Below are positions 18,757 through 26,907 of a DNA stretch of 64,000 nt, piece by piece. Under the pieces are notes generated by a model that did no database searches, was not told where the DNA came from, and saw nothing but the letters and a program-made list of their open reading frames with translations. Origin of the DNA: Bacteroidales bacterium (GTDB lineage: Bacteria; Bacteroidota; Bacteroidia; Bacteroidales; GCA-2748055); assembly GCA_029210585.1 (NCBI GenBank), contig JARGFP010000006.1, positions 7,949 to 71,948 on the forward strand. The letters are read 5' to 3'. Position 1 is the first letter of the stretch; every line of letters begins with the position of its first letter. A program made the position numbers and the translations under genes.

Positions 18757-21546
18757 TTACTGTTTCAGTACCTTACCATTATGCACCTGTATCCCGTTCA
18801 CCACAACCTTGTAGAGGAATACTTTTCCTCCTCCATATGTTGCAATATCGTTGAAAATAAACTGTTGGTAACCTGTTTCACAATCACGTACCTGCATGCT
18901 TACCACCTGTCCGGTCAGATTGGTCAGTACCACTTTCACTTCGGCAGCCCGGGACAGGTTCATCCCTATGGTAAAGCTTTCAGTGAATGGTACCGGGTAT
19001 GCCACAACGGAAAGTTGCTCATCCGGTTTTCTTTCTCCGAATCCTACATCGGTTAGCAGGGTGGTAAACATTTGCTCTGCGCCATAGCTCGTACCCATGT
19101 CATTCATGGCATAGGCCCTCACATAATAATCCGTTCCAGGTTCCAGCCCGGTCAGTTCACGTGCGAAAGTTCCGCCTCCTGATCCTGCAATGATCTTTGC
19201 CCCGGTAAGTTCAGGTGACGAACCGGTACCCAGGAAGAATCCATTTTCAATGATTTCGGCTCCTCCGTCATCGAGGACATTTCCTTCGGCTGTCGCAGAC
19301 TGCCTGGTAATGCCCGTTGTTTTCAGTGTAGCCACAGCAGGCAGGGCATTTTCCGTCAGCGTGGTGAAGCTTACCAGGTTGCCATATACAGTGCCCAGGT
19401 CACTGATCGCATACGCCTGGATATAATGAACCTGGCCGGAAACAAGGTTCGATAATTGCATGTAAAAGTTTCCGGTACCGCTTCCCAGGTCAACTTTCAC
19501 TCCTTCCGTCACGGGATCAGGCGTTGTGCCTATGTAAAGTCCCCGTTCCCTGACCGTGCTGCCTCCTTCATCTGCCACAAATCCCCCGACGATCGCTGAA
19601 ATGTTGGTTATTCCGGTGGCAGCTGTAGTAGTAACGGTTGGTAGACTCAGGTCTATTGCCTCAATCGCATCGATCTGTTCATCGAACCAGTCGATCCTTT
19701 GGGTAATCCACTTGTAGAGGTAATCCACCTCGTTGTTGTAGGTGCCCCCTACATAGTTATTGGGCCACACATAAGTATTCAGCACGTCCCAGACTGCAAA
19801 ATTCCTCTGCTGGGCTTCTGAGAGCAGGGTGGCAGCTGAATCGATCACATGATAGATCCGGCCCTTGCTGATCACGTTCTCCGTTAATTCTTCCCATCTG
19901 TATTTAAGCAGGGTTTCAAAATAGGGATCTGTTCTTAACCTGTCCCACCAGAATGGTATTTCGTAGGCATCACCTCTCCCGATACCATCTGATGCCCATC
20001 CCACCGGGTCGCCTGCATCAAAGAAGTTGGCGTTCCCAAAACAGATATTGTAGTCCCAGAAAGGAGTCATCACGAGTTTACCTCCTTTGCTGTCCTTGTC
20101 CTTGTGGAAATAAACGCTGACCCTGTACCCATCCAGGTCCTTGCTGAGTTCTGTTATAATAAAATAATCGATAAAGGAGATCACATCGATGTACGCCCTG
20201 TACCCCAGCTCCGGATCCCTGTAGTTCTCTCCATGCAGGGCATACTCAAATTCGGTGATGTATTCCCTGATATATGCCCGCTGTTCGGGCATCAGTTCGT
20301 CATATTTCGGGTCGACGTAGGAAAATGGAACATCTACGCTGCCTGTTCTTCCCATGAACGGGGAATTCCAGCTTCCAAACTGATCCCGGTCAATGCTGAT
20401 GATGTATCCCCCGGTGAGCTGATCGCCTGATATATCTTCGGGATAGAGCCGGGCAATGTCCACCCGGTCGTTGTCGATTTTGATCTTCTCAGCACAGAGA
20501 TAGACGCCCCGGTATTCGCCATTGATCTCCAGTTCCACGAACCGTGTACGCGGATGCCATTCGTCGCTCATGACATTCCCGATATTGTAGGCCAGCATAT
20601 TGCGCATCAGGGATTTATCGGAATAGGGACCATGAAACACCCAGTCATTCTCAACGGGCATGCCCAGCAGCGATACGTTGTTGTTCTCACCGGTACTGAG
20701 CCGGGTCTCAACGGTATAGCTCTTCTTAGGGAACATTTGTGCCGTATTGCCCCGGATTTCGATTCCGATAAAACCATTATATGTGTATACCGTGTCGTCA
20801 AAGAAATTCCTTCCCCCGGGCTGGTCGATCACTTTCATGGTACCCGTGATTTTCGGCTCATCCGGGATGCTTTGTCCCGCGGTATTGATCTTCACAATGG
20901 GAAGATTCGAGGATTCGAAGGAAATGGGTACCTTGAACCACGCGGGTGTTTCATGAAAGATGGTCTGATCCGAATCGATTTCAGCATGCAGGAAAAGCCG
21001 GGCAGACAGGTCCGATGAACTCAGATCCATGTTGAGAATATGTACTGCCAGGAGGTTGGCACCATCGTTCAGGACGGCAGGATCCAGGGCAAATCGTTCC
21101 GGCATACCGCCACTGTACATGCCTGTCTCGTGATCGTAGGTAACCGATCCGCTGATGGCAGGGGTTCCTGCGAGCAGGTTTGCCGACCGTGCCACCTCCA
21201 TTCCGTTGATATACGCAACAAAAGCATCGTCGTAGTCGATATCCAGGACCAGTTGACTGACATTAACCGTTGTGGGCAGGTTCAGTTCCTTCCTTATATA
21301 TATGGAGGTTGTTGCCGGCACAATGGTCCGGTCATCCCCGTCGCCATAACCGAATCCTCCCCTGCCGGAGTCCCAGTTTCCATCATTGAATTGTAACTGC
21401 ATCCAGTCACCGGGCGGTTCGTTTTCAGGAACCAGATATGTAAACTGGTCGTCTTCCAGCACGAGACTTTTCCAGTGCAGTTGAGTGCCTGCCGGCGATA
21501 CTGCGCTGAAAAAAGCCATTGATATAAGAAGATACAGTTGCTTCAT
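18757..21546 (-). CDS. CotH kinase-fold family protein, secreted (N-terminal beta-sandwich, CotH domain, two ~95-aa repeats, T9SS CTD)
   Basis: 929 aa. The CotH-type core is aa ~212-625 (YSDKSLMRNMLAYNIGNVM ... TRFVELEINGEYRGVYLCAEKIKIDNDRVDI ... FWDYNICFGNANF). Two tandem repeats are aa 635-730 and 735-830 (TTGIT..SA...G.V.D.GG......G...GT...P). The C-terminal VVAYPVPFTESFTIGMNL ... LYKVVVNGIQVHNGKVLKQ is T9SS CTD-like. Confidence 0.8.
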   Translation of the reverse strand: MKQLYLLISMAFFSAVSPAGTQLHWKSLVLEDDQFTYLVPENEPPGDWMQLQFNDGNWDSGRGGFGYGDGDDRTIVPATTSIYIRKELNLPTTVNVSQLVLDIDYDDAFVAYINGMEVARSANLLAGTPAISGSVTYDHETGMYSGGMPERFALDPAVLNDGANLLAVHILNMDLSSSDLSARLFLHAEIDSDQTIFHETPAWFKVPISFESSNLPIVKINTAGQSIPDEPKITGTMKVIDQPGGRNFFDDTVYTYNGFIGIEIRGNTAQMFPKKSYTVETRLSTGENNNVSLLGMPVENDWVFHGPYSDKSLMRNMLAYNIGNVMSDEWHPRTRFVELEINGEYRGVYLCAEKIKIDNDRVDIARLYPEDISGDQLTGGYIISIDRDQFGSWNSPFMGRTGSVDVPFSYVDPKYDELMPEQRAYIREYITEFEYALHGENYRDPELGYRAYIDVISFIDYFIITELSKDLDGYRVSVYFHKDKDSKGGKLVMTPFWDYNICFGNANFFDAGDPVGWASDGIGRGDAYEIPFWWDRLRTDPYFETLLKYRWEELTENVISKGRIYHVIDSAATLLSEAQQRNFAVWDVLNTYVWPNNYVGGTYNNEVDYLYKWITQRIDWFDEQIDAIEAIDLSLPTVTTTAATGITNISAIVGGFVADEGGSTVRERGLYIGTTPDPVTEGVKVDLGSGTGNFYMQLSNLVSGQVHYIQAYAISDLGTVYGNLVSFTTLTENALPAVATLKTTGITRQSATAEGNVLDDGGAEIIENGFFLGTGSSPELTGAKIIAGSGGGTFARELTGLEPGTDYYVRAYAMNDMGTSYGAEQMFTTLLTDVGFGERKPDEQLSVVAYPVPFTESFTIGMNLSRAAEVKVVLTNLTGQVVSMQVRDCETGYQQFIFNDIATYGGGKVFLYKVVVNGIQVHNGKVLKQ

Positions 21547-21784
21547 GTGCAGGACCCTAAATAACGATAAACTGCTTCATTTAATTATCAAAGTTGGCAA
21601 TAAAATGTGAAATTCACCCCGGTCATTTCATAATAAGTGGCAATTAAACACTTATTATTGAAAAATAAGCTATATTGACGAATTTGTAACAGGAAATGCT
21701 GAAAATTTGAATTGATATAGTCTGAAATAATAAATAAATTGGTCAAAATATCGATTACACATTAACTTACTAAACTATTGAATT

Positions 21785-24700
21785 ATGAAATCTGAAATTC
21801 TACGCAAAAGAAAGTGGTTCGTGTACCTGTTCACAGGACTGTTTTGCAGTGCTGCTGCATTTGGACAAGCCACATTGAAGCACAGCTATACCTTCGAGGA
21901 TGGTACGGCAAATGATGTTGTGGGAACTGCACACGGGACCGTTGTTGCCGGGACGATCGCAGACGGTGCATGGACCGGTGCGGCGAACGGTGAGTATATC
22001 GACCTTCCGGGGGCAGCGATTGCCATCAACACCTACAGCGCAATTACACTGGAAGCCATGATCTATGCCGACGTGGACAATACCCCTGCCACCATGCTGG
22101 CCTATTTCGGGGGAAATGAAAATGGAGTGGGCGGAAACGGGTATTTTATGACACCCGACCGCTGGAGTGAAAGCCGGACAGCGATTTCCTGCGGAAATGT
22201 CACGCAACCCTGGAATGCGGAACAAGGAGTCACTGCAGCCCCGGTTGCTGTCGGGGAAAAGCACTACCTGGTGAGTATCCTGACCAACAGCAGCATCAGC
22301 TGGTACATCGACGGTGTACTGGAAGGTACTGCAGAAGTTTCCGGGAACAACTCCATCGCCAATTTAAGCAACGACCTGGCGATGCTGGCCAAGGGCGGAT
22401 ATGATGTCGATCCCACCTGGTTGGGCACCCTTCATGAATTCAATATTTACGAGGGCGAGCTCGATGCAGCCACGATGGCACAAAACATCAGCAATTTCCT
22501 GGGAGTGAACGTTGCAGATGCAACCCTGGCAAGCCTCGAAACAAACAAGGGTTCTGTGGATCCAGCCTTTGATCCGAGTGTGGACCTTTATGAAATCTAC
22601 GTACCTTTTGGAACTACTTCAATCATCATAGACGCCGTTCCAACAATCGAAGGGGCAACGGTTGCGATGTTCGACGGTCTTGGAAATGAAATAACAGATG
22701 GCATTGTTACTTTTGGCGGTGATGGCATTGATTTGGAAATCATTGTGACAGCATTGAACGGAACAACAGAGAAATCATATTTCCTTTCCATCTTCCTCAA
22801 TCCGGGCGTAGAAGTTGCCACACTGACATCCATTGATCTTTCAGTGGGCAGATTCACCACGGCATTTGATACAGACCTCACCGATTATACTGCCATCGTT
22901 CCATTGGGCACCACCACCGTGGATGTCACTGCAGTGCCCACCTGGAGTGGCGCAACCGTTGCAGGTGATGGCACGATTACACTTACAGACGGTACTGCAT
23001 CCGTTGCCATCACGGTAACATCAGAAGACGGTCAGACCACACAGGTCTATAATGTCGAAATTTATGAATCGAAGATCGCAACAGGTAATAATTATTATAT
23101 CAAGCATGATGGTTCCGTGTTTGTAGTCACCGAAAGTGGTGAACCATACAACCGGATTGTGATGGATTACCCACTGAGAGATGAACCAAGGCAGCTCTTC
23201 CAGCTTGTGGAAAGTGGTGTGCCTGATCAGTATTACCTGAAAAACGGGACCAACCAGTACCTTACCCTTGTCAAGGATCCCGTATGGGATATGGTCATGG
23301 TACCCGAACTCACCAATGACCTCGATAGCTGCAGGTTCATCATTGATGAATTTGAACCGGGCAGGGTCAAAATATATTCCGTGGCCCGGCTTGAAACTCC
23401 CAATTACCTGACGGGGCCGAATTCAGCTGCACAAGGAGGGATATTCTCTGACAAGTACCCGGACAACCAGCTGGCAATATGGAATATTCTGCCACCCGAC
23501 GAGGTCGTTTCTCCCTTTGATACCGACCTGTCGGAACTGAGCGTGGACCCAGGCAGTATTGCCCCTGAATTCAATCCCTTCATTACCGAGTATTACGTCA
23601 CGTTCCCTGTTGGAACCACTTCAGCTACTGTTACCGCTGTTGCCAACGATGGCACGGCGACTGTAACTGGTGACGGTACCATAGATGTATCCGCGGGAGA
23701 AGGCACCATTACAGTGACCGTGACTGCCACAGATACGCAGTATAAGAAGGATTATGTGATCCATTACATGGTCAACACACCACTTACCCTGATGCATTCC
23801 TACACCTTTGCGGACGGTACCGCGGAAGATGTGGTTGGAGATGCCGACGGAACCGTGATTGGAGGTACGATCAACAGCGGGGTATACAGTGGCACGGCCA
23901 ACGGCCACCACATCACCCTTCCTGGAGATGAGATTGCGATCAACACCTACCCTTCCATCACTGTTGAATTGTACCTGGCTGATGATGCCAATACCAGCAA
24001 TGATATCAACACCATGACAAGTTATTTTGGTAACACCGCAGGTACATATGGTACGGACTATTATTTCACATCGCTGAAATCACGTGCGGCCATCAGCTGC
24101 AACAATACTTCAGATCCCTGGGCTACGGAAAACGGAGTGACAGGCATCAACCTGCTGGACGACGGAAGTCCGCACCACCTGGTAAGTGTGCTGAACAATG
24201 ATTCGATCACCTTATACCTCGATGGTGTATATACCGGAATGACTCGTCTGACTGGCAACAACAATATCCGGAACCTGAGCAACGCTTTTGCGTATCTCTG
24301 CAAGTCAGGTTACGTGAACGACCTGACCTGGCTCGGTGATATTATGGAATACAACATTTACACAGGACAAATGGACGCTACCACCATTGCCACGCGGGCC
24401 ATTGATTTCCCGCTGGAAGATTCCACGACGGATGCCACGTTGGCAGATCTCATGGTTGACGGTGTCACCATTGAAGGATTCGCATCTCCCAACCTGTCGT
24501 ACGATGTCGTGTTGCCAAGGGGTACGACTGTCGTTCCGACCGTGGCTGCCACGCCGAAGATTTCAACAGCTTCTGCAGCCGTTACAGCAGCGAACGAAGT
24601 ACCGGGAGCCACCACTGTACTGGTCACTGCCGAAGACGGCACCACCACGAATACCTATACCATCACTTTCAGTCTTGAAGCATCTGCCGAGGCAACCCTT

Positions 24701-25444
24701 TCAGACCTGACAGTGGACGGAACCACTATTGAGGGCTTTGAGCCGGGAGTTACCACCTATAATTATGGATTGGCTGCCGGAACAACCACAGTGCCCACGG
24801 TCGCCGGAACGGCATCTTCCACCGGTGCAACTGTGGATGTAACAGATGCAGATGCAATCCCGGGAACAACGACTGTTGTGGTTACTGCAGAGGACGGAGA
24901 AACAACGACAACCTATTATGTCAACTTTATCTTCGTACTATCTGCAGACGCAACGCTTGCTGATCTTACGGTTGACGGCAACACAGTTGAAGGATTTGAT
25001 CCGGTTGTAACTGCCTACGCAGTGGAATTGCCCCAGGGAACCACTGTGATCCCGACTGTGAGCGCCGCCACAACGCATCCCAATGCGTCATTCACCGTGA
25101 ATGATGCAGCATCACTGCCAGGGGTGAGCAATGTGGTTGTAACTGCAGAGGATGGAACCACGAAAAAGACCTACTATGTAAACTTTACACTGGATGTTTC
25201 ATCCCGTGATATACATGCTGACCTGGTTAAGGTGTATCCAACAGTATCCAATGGCAGCTTTAAGGTGACTACGGGTGAAGGCATGCATGTGATCGAAATT
25301 TATGACATGACCGGTTCTCTTGTCTCTGAAACGATCAGCCATGATCATGAAACACTGGTCAGGACTCCCAAAACAGGGATTTATATCCTGAAGATTGGAA
25401 ACGATGCATTCGTTAAAACATTCAGGATCATACACGCTGAATAG
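21785..25444 (+). CDS. 1219-aa secreted multidomain protein: 2x LamG/concanavalin-like, 6x cadherin-like beta-sandwich, one beta-trefoil-like module, T9SS CTD
   Basis: Signal peptide MKSEILRKRKWFVYLFTGLFCSAAAFGQ. LamG-like modules lie at ~21870-22505 and ~23785-24420 (TLKHSYTFEDGTANDVVGTAHGTV vs TLMHSYTFADGTAEDVVGDADGTV). The cadherin-like repeat signature (ATL.DL.V..G.....F.P....Y.V.LP.GTT.VP.V) occurs six times. YYIKHDG / YYLKNGTNQYL / LAIWNI suggests a ricin-B-like trefoil at ~23090-23500. The C-terminus is VKVYPTVSNGSFKV ... GIYILKIGNDAFVKTFRIIHAE. Confidence 0.75.
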   Translation: MKSEILRKRKWFVYLFTGLFCSAAAFGQATLKHSYTFEDGTANDVVGTAHGTVVAGTIADGAWTGAANGEYIDLPGAAIAINTYSAITLEAMIYADVDNTPATMLAYFGGNENGVGGNGYFMTPDRWSESRTAISCGNVTQPWNAEQGVTAAPVAVGEKHYLVSILTNSSISWYIDGVLEGTAEVSGNNSIANLSNDLAMLAKGGYDVDPTWLGTLHEFNIYEGELDAATMAQNISNFLGVNVADATLASLETNKGSVDPAFDPSVDLYEIYVPFGTTSIIIDAVPTIEGATVAMFDGLGNEITDGIVTFGGDGIDLEIIVTALNGTTEKSYFLSIFLNPGVEVATLTSIDLSVGRFTTAFDTDLTDYTAIVPLGTTTVDVTAVPTWSGATVAGDGTITLTDGTASVAITVTSEDGQTTQVYNVEIYESKIATGNNYYIKHDGSVFVVTESGEPYNRIVMDYPLRDEPRQLFQLVESGVPDQYYLKNGTNQYLTLVKDPVWDMVMVPELTNDLDSCRFIIDEFEPGRVKIYSVARLETPNYLTGPNSAAQGGIFSDKYPDNQLAIWNILPPDEVVSPFDTDLSELSVDPGSIAPEFNPFITEYYVTFPVGTTSATVTAVANDGTATVTGDGTIDVSAGEGTITVTVTATDTQYKKDYVIHYMVNTPLTLMHSYTFADGTAEDVVGDADGTVIGGTINSGVYSGTANGHHITLPGDEIAINTYPSITVELYLADDANTSNDINTMTSYFGNTAGTYGTDYYFTSLKSRAAISCNNTSDPWATENGVTGINLLDDGSPHHLVSVLNNDSITLYLDGVYTGMTRLTGNNNIRNLSNAFAYLCKSGYVNDLTWLGDIMEYNIYTGQMDATTIATRAIDFPLEDSTTDATLADLMVDGVTIEGFASPNLSYDVVLPRGTTVVPTVAATPKISTASAAVTAANEVPGATTVLVTAEDGTTTNTYTITFSLEASAEATLSDLTVDGTTIEGFEPGVTTYNYGLAAGTTTVPTVAGTASSTGATVDVTDADAIPGTTTVVVTAEDGETTTTYYVNFIFVLSADATLADLTVDGNTVEGFDPVVTAYAVELPQGTTVIPTVSAATTHPNASFTVNDAASLPGVSNVVVTAEDGTTKKTYYVNFTLDVSSRDIHADLVKVYPTVSNGSFKVTTGEGMHVIEIYDMTGSLVSETISHDHETLVRTPKTGIYILKIGNDAFVKTFRIIHAE

Positions 25445-25467
25445 TTACCCTCATTTGATTAATAAAG

Positions 25468-25497
25468 GGCAGGCCTGGCGGTCTGCCTTTTTTTTTT
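25468..25497 (+). terminator. Rho-independent terminator after the LamG/cadherin gene (may also serve the convergent GH43 gene)
   Basis: GGCAGGCC (25468-25475), loop TGGC, GGTCTGCC (25480-25487). This is an 8-bp stem with one G-U pair, followed by T10 (25488-25497). It sits 24 nt after the stop codon. Confidence 0.8.
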
Positions 25498-25503
25498 CAG
25501 CTG

Positions 25504-26658
25504 TTACTGATCAAATATGGAAAGGTCCCATGCATCGTGCCATGCGATGACCGGTTGTCCTGTCTCCAGGCGTATGGGCAGCCAGACATACCTCCCGTTG
25601 ATGGGATTCGTGGGCTTCCAGCGATCGGCCATAAAAATGAACGTATCCTTTTTTCCAGGTACCGGAAGCACAAAAGTGCTTTGTGAATCAAAAGTCAGAT
25701 CTGCACCCTCCCCAACGCAAGGATTGCCCAGGTATTCCCAGGGACCCAGCAGTTGGTCTGCAACGGAAAGCCGGGCGGCATTCGGCGCCCAGCCGGTGCA
25801 GCCGGAGGTGATCATATAGTATTTCCCATCTGTTTTAAAGATTGCAGGAGCCTCGTTGTGCCCGGCAGGCAGGACACGTGTCCAGGTCTCCTCAAAGTCA
25901 AGGTAGTCTTCCGTGAGCAGTGAAATGTGCAGTGTGAGATTTTCTTCGGAGGCATGCACATGGTACGCTTTTCCATCATCGTCAACGTACACGGTCATAT
26001 CCCTTGACATTTGTCCTGCATTGAAATCACGTCTTGCAAGGCTGCCATCCACCACTGCCAATTCCCACGGTTCTGTCCACCACTCCAGCGATGTGTTATC
26101 TATCCTGTTCTTCTGTGCTTCTGTAAAGCCCATCGGCCAGGTCCCGGCATTGGGCCTGAAGGAACGGATGTAGGTATATGGACCGGTGACATGATCACTG
26201 ACCGCCAGGCCGGTGCGTGCAGCAGTGTATTCCTGTCCTTTCAGTTCCAGGTGAAACCACATCACATATTTCCCGGTTGATTCATTGAACACAACCTTCG
26301 GTCGTTCCATCAAGCAGCCCTGGATAATTTCAGAGGCTGTATCCTGCGAAACTGCCAGCACAATCCCTTCATTTGTCCAGTTATAAAGGTCCTTCGATGA
26401 ATAGCACCCGATTCCAACCAGGGCCCGGTTGCCATGCCGACCGGCAGTTTTATGCTCCCCGAACCAATAATAGGTGTCACCCCTGACCAGTATTCCTCCT
26501 CCATGGGCATTGATGTGAATACTGTCATTATCGAGCCAGACCTTTCCGGGCTGAAAATGATTATACCTTTTATATTCATTCTCTCCCCCCCGGAAACAGG
26601 AAGTGCCCATAAGGGGCAACATGATGAGCAGCAGAACGATCGGGTGATTTGTTTGCAT
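25504..26658 (-). CDS. Glycoside hydrolase family 43 (subfamily 24-like, exo-beta-1,3-galactanase-like)
   Basis: 384 aa with a signal peptide or lipobox (LPLMGTSCFRG). Motifs I associate with GH43_24 enzymes: IHINAHGGGIL..GDTYYWFGEHK, CYSSKDLYNWTNEG, ERPKVVFNESTGKYVMWFH, GQMSRDMTVYVDDDGKAY, NEAPAIFKTDGKYYMITSGCTGWAPN, TFIFMADRW, RYVWLPI. Confidence 0.78.
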   Translation of the reverse strand: MQTNHPIVLLLIMLPLMGTSCFRGGENEYKRYNHFQPGKVWLDNDSIHINAHGGGILVRGDTYYWFGEHKTAGRHGNRALVGIGCYSSKDLYNWTNEGIVLAVSQDTASEIIQGCLMERPKVVFNESTGKYVMWFHLELKGQEYTAARTGLAVSDHVTGPYTYIRSFRPNAGTWPMGFTEAQKNRIDNTSLEWWTEPWELAVVDGSLARRDFNAGQMSRDMTVYVDDDGKAYHVHASEENLTLHISLLTEDYLDFEETWTRVLPAGHNEAPAIFKTDGKYYMITSGCTGWAPNAARLSVADQLLGPWEYLGNPCVGEGADLTFDSQSTFVLPVPGKKDTFIFMADRWKPTNPINGRYVWLPIRLETGQPVIAWHDAWDLSIFDQ

Positions 26659-26907
26659 GGCAGTGCGAATTTTTATGCTGGTATTTGAATGTCGCTGTCA
26701 TTTTCCTGCCTCCCGGTTTGATTTGCAGGCAGAAAAATATGTGGCCAATTTATGGCATTACGGAATTACAGGATATCAGAAATACAACAGATGCTATCAC
26801 ATATTCAATTACACACCGGAAATACATCAGCTGTTAAAGCATGGTTCGAAGAAAAAAGGCGTGGTTCAAAAGGGGAAGCGCATGGTCCGGAAGTGAAGGG
26901 GTACGAT

